Assembly: GCA_051362555.1 (NCBI GenBank)
Contig: CM120640.1
Span: 12,648,001 to 12,712,000 of the forward strand
DNA: 64,000 bases
From: Lingula anatina
Taxonomy: Eukaryota > Animalia > Brachiopoda
Direction of reading: 5' to 3'
Below, piece after piece: positions 1 through 14,099 of this stretch. The position numbers were made by a program, and so were the translations under genes. The first letter of the stretch is position 1. Each line of letters begins with the position of its first letter. Below the pieces are notes generated by a model that had not been told where the DNA came from, searched no databases, and saw only the letters and a list, made by a program, of their open reading frames with translations.

Positions 1-1732
1 TTAACTGACGTCTCTAGAGATAGTAAAGGCATGTAAGATTTGTAGTTCTGGGCATTTACTCAGTTTTGGGTATAGCTTGAACTCTGATTCACATCATTTC
101 CATGCTAAGTAATACGTCCCTACTTATTATAATTTATATCCTGTTGAACTGTTGTGTTTGCTTATCATTTTATGTGAGACCAACTGCCTGTCCCCAGCAC
201 TCCTATTTTGTATTAAATATACATTCATTGTAATTCAGAGTGAAGTGCCAGGGCTTTGCTGATACCAGAATTAGCCAAATGTGATCATTACGAAAACATC
301 TACCATTTGTTTTCTCTTTTGAACTTCATCCAAAAATCTGTTGAATAGACGAAAATTTTCTGCCCCAAACTGTAGATTGTCATAAATTCATTCATTCCAT
401 AATATAAAAGTTTGCACTGAAATAAACGATGGGTAGTAGCTTAAGACTACCTTGTATTTGAGGGTAATGTTGGAAAGTGAGATGTAAAACATAATGCCCC
501 ATTAGATGTTGCTTATTTAGGCCATGTCAACACACTTTAAAACAAAAAATGAGGGGTATGTGGTATCATACATTTAAAATTTAATCATTAAAATTATTTC
601 CTGTATTGTACTAGTATTTGTTAATCCGACATACTAATTCTTTCTTTGTATATGACAAAGAAAATAAGAAATGATAGAAGAATTATTTAAATTTTATTCT
701 TAGGAGTTAAACCAATTAAAATATTTCTTAATGATGATTAAATGAAATATAAAATAAACCTTGATTACACTAAGGGAGCCTTTAAGAACCAAAGCTTTTC
801 AAAGTTCATGTATTTATACCTTTACATATTCTGTATATTGTATTTCATACCTATTGCACTGTGCTGGTAACATGATGAATAAACGTTTACCTATGCATCC
901 ACAGTGTCAACAGCACCACCCATGCTCTGTTAGCACATGACCCAATTCAGCCGATATAGTATTTATTGACAAATTGTCTATTGTGAAATGTGGTGAAAGG
1001 GTGAAATGAGGGGTTTTAATAGCATTATATATTATATATTATACCTTCACTGGGATTAGTCTTACTATCCAATTCTTTACTGTTAAATGAGAGTGGTCAC
1101 TGCCAGCTGTAGCTTTTTATGCTATGTTGTAAAGACCAGTAGGCATATGTGTTACAGGTGCTATATATTCTGTTAGGTCAGGTATATCAGATTACTGACA
1201 CCTCTGTAGTAAGAGGATATAAAGTGGGTTGTGCCAGGTAATGGGAAATATCATGTAGGTGTGCCCTTCCCTATTTGTCAAACACCATCTCTGTTTATAC
1301 TTGTTACAAAAGAGAATTTTACTTAAATTATTTATTTCTTAATAAAGTCTGATTCTACCTTTTTATCTGATATGATTAAAATCACAAAAAAAAAACAAAC
1401 AAAACATAATGACTAACACTTTAGTGAAGACTTTGCAATAAAGTATCTGCTGCATTAGATTCAATGAGAGACTACATAGCTGAGGCTGAAATACCTATAT
1501 CTGCATATGTGCTAGATGGAACAATTTTGATGGATAGGGCCTCATCCATATTGAGAAAATGGGATTACATCATTTGTGGGTATACCCTGATAGTCTGAAA
1601 ATCCTTGGTGGAAATATCCTATGGCCTTAGTTTGAAAGCCCAGAAATTGGAGATTAGTCCAATAATTGACTAGTCTTAAAGATAATTAGTCCATCAATAT
1701 ATCAGTTGTTTTTAAGCATGAAAGTATGAATA

Positions 1733-2149
1733 TATTAGAAAAGCACTCCGAGAGTGCAGACCTCCGCCAAGGCAGCAAAGTCTCTACCCAATGCCGTTTC
1801 ACCCCTAAATTTTCATTCTATAATGATTTAGTTTTTTGATTATTGATTGATTACTGATCCTGATCACCACCAAAACTAATCATCTGTTCCTTGGCCCACT
1901 TCTGACAGTTCCAGAAAATTTCATCAAAATTGGTCCATAACTTAGTTTTTTGATTATTGATTATGGATTGATTATTGATCCGGATCACCACCCAAAACTA
2001 ATCATCTGTTCCTTGGCCCACTTCTGACAGTTCCAGAAAATTTCATCAAAATTGATCCATAACTTTTTCTGAAATGTTGCTAACAAACATATAGACAGAC
2101 AGACAAACTAACGGAAACAAAAACATAACCTCCTTGGAGGAGGTAATAA
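1733..2149 (-). mobile_element. Non-autonomous Helentron/HINE (DINE-1 or pearl-like) element
   Basis: Subterminal inverted pair ACCTCCGCCAAGG (~1760) and CCTTGGAGGAGGT (~2132). Stem-loop GCACTC-cga-GAGTGC (1743-1757) lies next to a TAG-containing end. There is an (AGAC)n microsatellite at 2092-2105, a palindrome aacctccttggaggaggt at the other end, and two internal ~115-120 bp tandem units (1828-1941, 1942-2062). This is the typical HINE layout. Confidence 0.8.
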
Positions 2150-2897
2150 TGCAGTTGCCATTGGAAAAATATATCAAAGGGTGGTTTTAACAAATGAAAA
2201 TGAATGTTGATTTTTGAGTTTTTGGACCAGTGAACCTTTGGATTAATGATCCTTCATATTCTTAACCTTGAAGATAGTGAAACTGTAGGCCAATGAACCA
2301 TCAACTTTGACCTTGAGTATCAGTGTGCATTTCTTCCGCACTGTATGAATAAGCAACCATAACAACTTCTACCTGTCAACATTGGTATTTTGTCCTTTGT
2401 AATATTTATATAAGGGCTTACCTGGGTTTTATTTAAAAGTTAAGAAAAAGAGCATTTTAAGTTGTTAATGCTATTTTACATATACTTGTTTCGTACTTAA
2501 TAAGTCTTAAGTACTTTTGGCTCTGTCTGGAAAATACCCCCCCCCAAAAAAAAAAAAAAAATTAGGTAATTAAAGACACCGGTTTAGACCGTTATTGCCA
2601 AGTCGCGTATTGGAAATGTATCTCAAGTTATTTAGGCATGCTGAATTATTAATTTCCATTTCCTATATTTTGCATACTAAATGTAATTGATGAAAGTTTT
2701 ATTGAAGAAAGCTCATTCAGTGTCTGTGCATCTATTGAGCAATGTCATCTATTTTTTTTATTTAAATATTTGCATTGACTTCAGTTAACAAGAATGAAAA
2801 TAACCATTTCTGCTTAACAAATATCTTGGTTTTTTAATGATATGAATTGATTTTATCATTCTTATTTTGTATTAATTTAAAAATTCTGTTTTTTAAG

Positions 2898-5800
2898 TGT
2901 GCCAGAGATGGCAACCCAGACAAGCTGCGTCGTCTCCTGGACTACCTTGGAAATGTGAAAAAGAAAATCAATGCCCATGATGAAAACAAACTTAGTCCAC
3001 TTCATTATGCAGCCCGGTATAATCATTTTGAAGCGGTCAGAATTCTGGTGGAGAGAGGAGCAGGTAGAGAAATATTTGCTCATAAATAATTAATATATCA
3101 ATCTTTGAAGACTGCATAGAATTAGCTTGGGGAGGAACCAGTGGATAAAGTTTTCAAAAGAGCATAAGATTTAGACTTTAGATTTGGATTTGGCATAAGG
3201 TTTGCCTCATTAATAACAGCCACAATTCCACTCATAAATCTCACTTAAAAACGTCTGTAAATAACCAAGATTGCCATTTAAGTTATTGCATGTTCACAAA
3301 TTCTAAATGTCAGAGAAGACAGCCCTGATAACCGGATATAGTACATTTGTTTAGTCTATCCAGTAAAAAGCAAATGGTTCAAATGTCAGTCTCTTTTTGA
3401 GAAAATGTCATTGTCTTTATGGTTAAGACTATTTACTGGCTTCACTACTAAACTTGATATTCATTTGGATATTTTTATTGGATAGACACCATTTGGAAGT
3501 ATAATTGGTTCCTTGTTTTAATAAACACATTTCAGATGTGAACAACAAGGGAGAGGATGATCTGACTCCCCTGCATTTCGCAGCCCGTTTCAAGCGCATG
3601 AAGCGCATCAAATCTACTGACAGCCTGGATGAGGTAGAGGGCAGCAGTGCACCGCTGACTCCTAGTAGTGAGGCCACAGTGGAAACAGCAGTGAGCAATG
3701 AGGAGGAGGGAGCAGATGGGGAGAATGTGCCCAATGGAGCGGTATTACTGTTTATATCCAATATCCTATTCATCACTGAAATGTCCTTCCTGCTGAAGAG
3801 AAATTACACCCTGAATTTCAGATTTTGTTGATTGGAATTTAATGTGTAAATTTGTACTCTATCATAAGTTTCTTGATGTGATATTGGTTGACTTGTAATT
3901 TTCCAAGAAACTCAAGTTTTGGTTTGGATGTTTTATAAAATTCTTTGGATGTTTTATAAAATTCTTTTTGAGAAACAGAAGTTTTAACTCAAAGCTCTGA
4001 AACTCAGGTTGCCCACTAAGTGCTGCTTATTCTTGAGCAGTGATCTAATGGATTGATTTATGCCTGTTGTGAATGAATAGAGTAGGCCATTTTCTGGTTA
4101 CGTTTTGCATTAAGCTGCATGAACTGAAGTGTTATGGGGTTGAGATGTCTAGTTTCTGAGGTAGAGCAAAACATTAAGTTAAACCCAATATGATACCGTA
4201 ACTATCTCTAAATCCAGTTTTCCACTTAAGCAGATTGCTTTGGAAACATGAAGCGGAGCCTCATTACAGCAGGACGAGAAAAAATTATTTAAAGTTCTTG
4301 ATTATTGGTAGTAAAACTTAAGAATTGCCCCACGACATGAAATTCATCTGCAGCTCCCCTTTGCTTGTGTAGATGATTCTGTGTATTATTGTTGAAACTT
4401 TCTTTTTATTCTCTGCTTAAGTTGACCACTTTTTCTCTTTGTTGATCAATCTTTTCTTGAGATATGATTATGGAGTAATTGTTTTGCACTTGACAGGCCA
4501 AATACTTTGGAAAATGTTTATTGTTCCCTCATTTTTGTGGCTGCTGCTTTGCATGAGATGATTGCATACTTGTAGACCATTTTGATGATGTATTGATTGG
4601 CACTGAGATTCAATTTGCTTTATGAATTACATACAGACACCATACATTAGCATCGTGAATGTCAGGGCAGATGAGGAGGAGATGGATGAAGCACCTGAGG
4701 AGAAGCAAGTGGAACCACCGAAACCTAAGAAAATTGTAATTTTTTGGAATAATAAAGATTATTTTTAAATGCTTGTCAGAAAAAGGTTTACAATAAACCT
4801 ATCAATGCAGATGAAATCAATATATATTTTTTGCTTTATGATATTATCATTTTATTTTATTTGTGATGGAGCTACATGTTTTGCCTCAAATCATAATTTT
4901 TGCACATTTACAGTTCAGTTTAAGTCCATATTTCAGTCACTGTGATAAACATTGTTTCATGTTTTGCACAATGTTGGTGTTGGTGGATTTTGTAACATTT
5001 GAAGGGCTGTAGGAATATATATTATCAGTTTGTTTATTTTACTTGCTTGTCCCCTGTCTCTGCTTTGATTTTGCTGCCACCTGTAAATAATTCAATAATG
5101 TTTCTTTTAACATTTGAATTTCGTTTCTTTGAAACAGTGTATATTGTTCAAAGTATTTGTTTTATTATTTGTTTAACTAAAATGTCTGGAACTAATTATG
5201 AAAACTGTGTGTAATTTTAAGAAAGCAAACAATTTAAAAGCACTAAAATATTTTGTTATTAGTGAATGGTGTAAAAATATTTTGTTGTAGGTGAGAGAAG
5301 AGGTAACATCTGATGATGAACTAGATAATCAGCCAAGTGTTGTAAAATACTTAGTAGAACGAGGGGCCAAAGTTAATGCACAGGATTACTATGGTCTGAC
5401 TCCACTCCATTTTGCTGCCATGCGGGGCAATGACCTGGTCAGCAGAGAACTGCTGAGTGTGCGAGGTATAGACATCGAGGTAAGCAGATTGGAATCAGAT
5501 AAAAGACACAAGTCAGAATGGTTTTTAAATTGCTGGATAGATGTCTTCAAAAGTATCCTCTGACCTAGTGGAAATTTATAATTTCTGAAAGCTTAGTTTG
5601 AAACAATTTAATGGTATTAATTAGCCTATAGGCATTTGGAAGTTTGAAACAATTTTGTGGTATTAATTAGGCATGTTGAAATGTGCAAATTAATATGATT
5701 ATCTGTTATAGTAAGATAATTTTTCTTAAATAGACTGTTGGAGCATGTAAATTGATAAGTGTTTTATTCAATATCCTTGATTTCAGGCCACAGACAAGCA

Positions 5801-8800
5801 GCAGATGACGGCCCTGCACTTAGCAGCCACCCACAGTTGTGTGGAGGTGTCGCAGATCCTCATAGAAGCTGGGGCAAACCTGCGTTGTATTGATGATGAG
5901 TTGTCCACTCCTCTACACCTGGCTGCAGAGGAAGGCAATATCAAGATTGTCAGGATGTTGTTTGAGGCAGGACAGAAAAAAGATGGCTGGGTTACTTTGT
6001 CACAGGTATAAACTAAAGATATTTGTGGAGTTTTATGGTTAAATTGATCCTGTCTCAATTAAAACTAATGTGAGAAATACTTTTCAAGTTATATAAAATT
6101 CTCAGTGTTTATTGTACAGAAGTATATATCTTTTTACATGCACAAGAAAGTAGACATACCAAGAGAGGTAGTGCCTGCTTCTTTAAGAAAGTATTGTAAA
6201 GACTGCTAAAAATGGCAGTTAGGATTTAAATTTTTCCACTCATTATATGCAGTTATTATTTCTATGTATTTAATTTTCAATTTTTTTAATGTATGAAAAT
6301 TTTGTCAATTTTTTCCTAATCTCTTGTTTATTTTCTAGATGGTAACAGATCAGAATGTAGAAAAGAGCACAGCCCTTCATCTTGCAGTCAACAATAGTCA
6401 TTATGAAGTGGCTAAATTAATTCTAGAAAAAGGTGTGTGCATATATGTATATGGCGAATTTAAACTGATTTTTACGTGCATTTACATGCATATCCAAGTA
6501 TTTTGAATGAACCTTAATATATTTTGTTTGGGGATCTTATCTCTGATGGATAAAGTTTATAATCTTAGTCATATCTCCACAATATGAATGGTCACTTTCT
6601 TTGATTTACAGTTGTTGATTCCACTTCTTTTATTTTAGGTGGAGATGCTAATGCCACAGCCAATAACTTCTCCACTCCTCTCCACCTTGCTTCTGTTGGT
6701 GGAGATGTACGGGTTGTGCAGCTGCTTCTGGATAGTAATGCTAGAGTAGACGCTCTTAACCACAACCAGGAGACCCCACTCCACAAAGCTGCAGAGAATG
6801 ACCACCCTGAAGTAGTGGAGCTGTTACTGAAAAGGTAATGGATTTGCCCATCCTGTGGTTTAAATGTTGTTTATGAAAAACTTAATTTTTGATTTTTGTA
6901 ATTAAATAATTATTACTATTTAGAATTAGTTTCTGTGTACCCCTTGCCTTTTCTAGTTTCTCTTGCAGAAATGTAAGGAGAATACTTAAATCAGAGTCCA
7001 TTGGAACTCAACACACAAAATGACTTTAATATTAAGGTGTATACTAAGGTATTTGTTATCTTAATTTTTCCATTTCTTAAACTTTTTTTTAGTAATGCAG
7101 ACATTGAGAAGCGTGACAAGGATAACTTCACCCCACTGTTGCTGGCAGCATGTTGGGGTAACCCTGAGGTGGTCAAGGTTCTACTCAGGTACAACGCTGA
7201 CCCTAGTGCAGTGGACAAGAATGACAAAACTGCCATTTTCTGGGCTGCGGAGGACAATCATGTCAGCTGTCTTCAGGTAACATTACTCAGCTCTGTTTGG
7301 TCATAAGAATTACAGGTGGTTTTTTGAAAATGAAAAATACTCATTGCCCAGGTTATGGGCCCAATTAATGAAGACAGATATAACTTTCAGAGCTTAGTGA
7401 AAATAGTACTTCAGCATCAAAGATGATCTGCTTCACTCATTACCCCAGCCTTATTTCAATATATTTTACAACTATTCCTTGCATTTCCTTTTCCAGCCTG
7501 TACCTTGTGTCAGTAAATCCATTGTTGAATGTAACGTGGTGTGTTCTGTGTTTCAGGTTCTTCTGGGAAATCCAAAAGTGTCAAAACTGATTGATGAAGC
7601 TGATCGCTATGGCAACACCCCACTGCATATTGCTGCACAGTTGGGACATATTAACTGTGTTAAGGTACCAGTGTGATATACAGTTACTGACTTTGGCTAA
7701 GGTCAGTATGGGGTTGATGTAAAAAGTGATATTGACCAAAGTGAAGCTGAGGCAGGTATCACTTTTGTGAGGTCAGCTAAGCAACATACTGACTGAAAAG
7801 AAGTCTATTTTGGTTTGTTAAGTAATTCAATACTTGGATGTCAATGTCTACCAAGATAACACCAAAAATTGGAACATTGCTGTTATCCGGCATTGTCATT
7901 GTCTGATTGCATTCTTTATTTTTATGCCAGAACTCATTTGCAATTTCTTGTATTATTAGTTGCTAATGGAGTACAATGCCATGATGGACGACAAAAATGA
8001 AGATGAACAGACACCACTGCATTTAGCTGCAATGCATGGTCGAACACTGTAAGTTTTTCAAGCATCTAAAAGTTTTTGTTTATCAGTATTTCAAAGCTGA
8101 AAAATTATAGATTTGAGATCTTATGCATCAAAATTGATCACGAAAATTAACAGTAAAAAAATAAGTTCAAGATTACGAAATTATTTACCCCTCCTAATTA
8201 TTTATATGAATGATTCATATCTTATTCAACAATCCCTTCAACCAATTGTAAAACAAAACATTATCATTGCTTTTCTATTTTAAAACAGAGTTGTAAGAGA
8301 GCTAGTGAACAGGCAGAAGACAATAGTGAATGATGAAGATGAAGAGTCAAACACAGCCCTGCACCTGGCTGCTTTGGCTGGTCACCAGAAAGTGATGGAC
8401 GTGCTGCTGGACCTTGGGGCAGACGTGGAGGCTAGGTAACAGTGTGTGTGTGCGTGTGTGTGTGCATTTGTGTGCCCTTTCATTTTGTGCGTTTATTCCA
8501 ATTTCCAATAGATGATCTCTTCATTTCTCAAGATATTTTGAACTATTGTCAGCAATTTTCATAAAAATCGTTTAATATCTATGAATTAGGACTTGACATT
8601 AATTTTGACAGCAAGTCAAGCTTTAAGTGTTTGAAACATGCCGCAAAGGCAAATGAATATCTAATGTAATCAATTATAAAGGTTTGTCCTGCAATGTTTT
8701 AACATTAGCAAACCTATTTTTACTATAGATATTGACCAAACTAACCATTTTCTTCATTATTTTCACTTGTGGTTGTGATTCCTAGGAATGCTAAAGGTTG

Positions 8801-9962
8801 GACAGCTCTTGATTGTGCAGCCTATATGGGCAAGGTGAAGGCAGCAAAGACATTGCTGGAAGCAGACAGTCCTATTGATCCACTTGATAGAAACAAGGTA
8901 AATACACAAAGGAAAGAAGCTCTTCTCACAATATTGGAATTATTTCTAAATATATTTTACTATCTTTATTAAGTACAACTTTGGAAAAATATAGAAATAA
9001 GGTTTATGATGTAATTGCAATAGGCAAAGTCAAAGCTGTCTCTTTCATTTTTTTTTAAACACTTCTCTGTTATGTTATACACCACTTTGTATTCTAATTC
9101 ATAAAGAAATAAATGTTTTGATATCATCTTCAAGTATCTTAGCTAAGTTATAAATCCAGTTTGCCATATAATGGCTTGAAAATATATTGTAATAAGTAGA
9201 AATTATGTATTTCATTGAAAACAACTGTACCTATCATTCTGTCTGTCTTTTCAGGTTACTCCCCTTCATTTGGCTGCTAAGGGTGGCCACACAGAGCTGG
9301 TGGAACTTCTTATCAAGATGGGTGCAAATGTTGCACAGAGAGACCACGATGGCCTCAACTGCCTGGATATGGCTATAGACTGCAACCATGAGTAAGTAGG
9401 ATAAGAAAAGTAACACTTTTAGTGTGACTGTTTGAGATTTTGATTAAAATTAATACATGTGAGTAGAATTCACCATTAAAATAAATGACACTGTTTGCAA
9501 AATATTTGCAGTAAAGTCATTTTTATAATTTTTTATGTAGAGACCACTTGAACAAAAACTGGGATTATTTTCTTGTCCTTCAGACATTTGCTACCTTAGT
9601 GAAGTTTGTTGCAAGTATTGAACATAACTGGCTGTTATTTGATTATTTTAGGAATGTTGCCATGGCAATTGTTAAGACAGACAAGTGGGAGGAGGCTATG
9701 AAAAACCAGATTGCCGATGTGACCAAAGGTTTGGTGAGGGATACTCCCCTTCGGAAACTCATCCGCAAAATGCCAGGTAAGGAGGTTTAGGTTGAACACC
9801 ATGATGCAAGTAGTAAAATTTTATTGTTAAGATTGTTTCTTTTTGAGATATGAAAAAATTCTTACCAGTTAGTAACAGCCTGATGAATATCTGCCAGGTG
9901 TGTCAGAAAATTTGGAATATGTTTTCATTTGTTGAATTGTTTTAGTTGGAAGTTTTAATGCC

Positions 9963-9996
<34 letters not shown>

Positions 9997-12900
9997 GAAA
10001 ACATCCAAACTGTAAAAAAATAGGAAAAAAGGATGAGAATTTAATTGATTATTTAATTTTGAGCAGATGTTGCAGAGAAAGTATTTAACAACTGCATGAA
10101 ACCCAACATGACCAACCTTGAACACAAAGACTGTGAAATAACATTCAACTACGAGTACCTGGATGACATGTATGCGGACTGGGGTGAAAAGGGGACAAGT
10201 GACGCTGGATCCAGCTCAGGTGAGAAGTTTCTGTTTGCCCTATTAAATAGAAGCCAAGTTGAAGGTAAAATTTCAAGCTTCAGTATTACATATACCCATT
10301 GAAATTTTGTGGATGAAGGGGGGTAGTGCTTGTACTTGACAATTTTTATGAGATTTAACACGTGGCCATAAAAACAATTTGTTAATATTTAGAATGCAAA
10401 GGTGAGGAGCAATAAAGTTACAGCTGACTTAAACTTGTTCAAGGAAGAGAATTTTGAGAATTTTGACCTGAATGTTGGTCTTTCAGGTTCAATTTATGAT
10501 GAAGACACTCATATCATCAAACCTGACGTTCGTCCCTATTCCAAGGATTCAAGGATTTTGAAGAAAAACCATCCATTGCAGATTATGGTATGTTATTATG
10601 TACTACCTTATATAAATATTGCCCAGTACAAAACCTGCACTGGATATTTTAAAAAAATTTGCAATTACAATTACAAACAAACATTAAAAAACAAACAAAA
10701 AAGCACTAAATGTCAGAAAAAATTATAAAATATGTTCTCAGATCTCCAGTTTGTGATGTATTTAATTAAGCTGATGTATTACAGGTGTCCTCAAAAAGAG
10801 AAGACTTGTTGAGTCACCCACTGGTATCCAGCCTTCTGAAACACAAGTGGCATAAATTTGGAGCTGCCTTCTACTATATTAATCTGATTTTTTACTGTGT
10901 CTTCTTGACCTTCCTGACTGGCTATATGCTGGTCCATGAACCTCCCTATATGCTGGTGAACTAGTGAGTATTGAAATCATAAGTACCATGAGGGTCAGTG
11001 TAGATAAAATATCATTTCCTGCTGTTCTGCTGTAGAAATGTATTCTTCTGATGACAATCACAGACGAAAAAAAAGCAATATGCCCTACTATTTTATTAAC
11101 TCCTAATGTAGGAAGACCTTAATAGATAAGATTAAAATTATAAATTCTGGCCAAATGAGAAGATTAGAGTGAAAAGACTTAACCTGTATCAAAATCACTT
11201 GTGCTGTTTTAAAGCAAAAGTATCATGAATTAATTTTAAAACTGAATAGACAGTGTCTGCATTGTATTTTCACTATTTCCAGCACTGCATGGAATGGGAC
11301 TGATATCTATACAGTGTCATGTCAGGAACTGGCCAGCTTTGGTTTACACCAGCCTGTACAGTATCCCATAGCATTTCTGTTGTTTGGAACCATAGGGAAG
11401 TGGTTAGTTCTGGCCCTGGCTGTGCTTACATTAGTGAGAGAGGTAAGCCAACTGGGAATTGAATTTTTGATATGAATTAAGTTAAGTATGTTTATGTATG
11501 TGTGTTTATATGTTGAAGATAAGATATATTAATGTAGACACTGTATATTGTTTATAGGAAATGTGAGATTGAGTACATTCCCAATTATTATTGTTGCAAC
11601 TAAAATTTAATAATGATAAACTATACGTCTTAAATGAACATGAGGAAAGTTTGAATATTTCTTTTCAGTTGTTTCAAATATGCTACTCAAAGCTGAACTA
11701 TCTGAATGTAGAAAACTTCATTGAATGGTTGATATACGTGCCTGCAATCTTACTGGTGATAGACTGGGATTCATGCCAGATGAGCAATCCTCAAATCAGG
11801 CATGTAAGTAAAGGTGCAATTGTGCTCCATTTTTATTTGTCTTAACAGCATTCTTGATGAAAAAGAATGAAATATGACAGTGACTTACCATTTTTCCACT
11901 CTGATTAATCAAATGAAATAAGACTGTATTATAGAAGCAGTCCATACTTTTCTAAGCTTCTCCCCCTTTGTTTCATTCTGTTTGTTTACTTTCAATTTAA
12001 ACAGGTTAATGTGAGTGTTCACCTGTTTACAAAACATCAATCTTATCTGTTTTAGCCATGGCAGTGGAACGTAGGGGCCATTGCACTATTCCTGGCCTGG
12101 ATTGAGTTGCTGCTGTTCATAAGAAAGTTACCAAGATTTGGAATCTATGTGGTGATGTTCACAGACATCCTCTGGACCTTCTGCCAATTCTTCCTTGTCT
12201 TTGTATTGTTCATAGTGGCCTTTGGATTGACCTTCCATGTGTTGTTGAAAAACCAGGTAAGATGGACAAAAGTTTCCAAGTACTTCCTGATCATTTTTCT
12301 TGCACATCTTCAGACCATACAAACTAGCCATGTTTTGTTGTGCAAAATAATCTACATGATTGTAATAGTCAAATGTTATAAAAAATCATTAAATCCAAGT
12401 CTTATATTTGGGAAATAAAAGAACTATTGAGATTTGAAACTGTAGCTTTGTACCTTAGATCATAGTTGATTAGGAACTATCCTCTCACCACTAACTGTTA
12501 AATTTCAGGCACCGTTCAGCTCTCCAGCCAGATCTTTATTGAAGACAGCTGTGATGATGATAGGAGAGTTTGAGTTTGATACTCAGTACACTACAGAGAT
12601 CACACCTGAGGGGCAAAACATGCACAGTGATCAAGTCTACTATGAGGGGGTTACATATGCCATCTTTATTCTCTTCTTGGTTCTTATGTCCATCCTCATC
12701 ATGAACTTACTGGTGAGTTGAATCTGAGGTTTGAATTTATATGTGTGTTTAGACATGTTTTTGCCTTGAGTAAATACTGAACTTGAACTTGATGTGTATT
12801 GAATCACAGTTTGCGGAAACAGAAAATAAAACACTTTTTTTCAATCACATTCCAAACACTGTGACATTCCTTTACGCCAGTGAACCTCCAAATAGCACAT

Positions 12901-14099
12901 GAACCTATATTTATTTCAAGATCATATTCATTTCACTATACTGATTTTCTATTGCAAACTAAGCTTGATATTCGCTGCATTTTTAAAAGTTGTGTCAATT
13001 TCTTTTTTAGTGAAAAAATTAGAGAATTATAATTAAAATGAAAACAAATTTATTAGATGAAAGGATCACTATTTTATGACACCATCTTCCCCCCAGGTTG
13101 GTTTGGCTGTAGATGATATCAAGGCTGTCCAGGACCAGGCTGTACTGAAAAGATTGGCTATGCAGGTGAAACATTTACTTCAACAGATTCTACTTGAATG
13201 TTTTACAAATTGATTTAGTAAAAATTTTATTTTTGATTAAGATTTACCACATACAGATTTATGTAAATGGCAAAACAATAAGTTTAAATATCATAATGTA
13301 AAGTTAACTTGGTAAGTACAGTGCAGTACCATTGGAAATGAGGTCATTTTATGAAGAAATCACCTATTTCAGATTGACTTGGCATTAGATGTGGAGAATC
13401 AAATACCTGGCTTTTTACGGAGAAGGATGGTAATAAAGCAAGAGGCACTGAAGCCTAACCAGCAGAGCTGGTTTACCAAGGATAAGTCCTTGACATCTGC
13501 TTCCATCGCACAGGCATTGCAGCCAGAGCTGGTAAAATTTTTCATAATCATATGTAGACTTTTGTGAAACTCTATTGTAAACTTTTAATATATCTGTGTA
13601 ATCTGCTAAAATAACCAATTAAGTTTTGGTCTTACATGCAGCACTGAACTGCTTTCAGTAGCTTCAGTTCTTTCAACTGTTGTGCTCTAACTTGGGATAC
13701 ACACACAGATTCACAGAAAACTCTTCATATTAAAACACCCTTATTTTGGATTGTGCAGAACTATCAGAGATATTTAGATAATTATATGTTCAGCCTTTTG
13801 CCATACGATAAAGAAGCAATGATTGAAACAAAATAGATTTCTAGAAAAAATTGTACAATAGCTTTTGATTCATTAATTTTCCTTTGTTCCAGGACCGCAT
13901 GGATTACATAGAGGAACAGCAGGAGTTGACCAGAACTGACATCTGGAAGCTGAAGGGTCAAGTGAAGGCCCTCAAGTCTAGTACTGACCGCATTGAGACC
14001 ATGATGACTGCCTTGATGAAGCATAATGAGATCAACTGGGAGGAAGAGGATGATGTGGATGACCAGGATGAACTCAACTTGGCATCTCTGGGAATTTAA
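2898..14099 (+). CDS. TRPA1: TRPA1-family (TRPA1-like) ankyrin-repeat cation channel; multi-exon, start codon not identified (likely upstream of the window)
   Basis: GT-AG exons at approximately 2898-3063, 3536-3741, 4637-4735, 5291-5479, 5787-6005, 6339-6432, 6639-6834, 7093-7276, 7557-7665, 7960-8048, 8289-8435, 8786-8897, 9256-9391, 9652-9776, 10067-10219, 10487-10587, 10785-10964, 11283-11442, 11669-11803, 12056-12256, 12509-12712, 13097-13165, 13373-13531 and 13893-14099. They encode many ankyrin repeats (SPLHYAA, TPLHFAA, TPLHLAA), pre-S1 LLSHPLVSSLLKHKW, six hydrophobic segments, pore MMIGEFEF, S6/TRP-like MNLLVGLAVDDIKAVQDQAVLKRLAMQ, a coiled coil and an acidic tail WEEEDDVDDQDE. Confidence 0.93.

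Noticed and set aside
1-2897. Start exon of the TRPA1-like gene
   Set aside because: No convincing ATG exon with a phase-0 donor was found; it is probably upstream of the window.
3429-14024. Minus-strand ORFs overlapping TRPA1 exons (and likewise over TRAPPC10)
   Set aside because: Antisense shadows of real coding exons.
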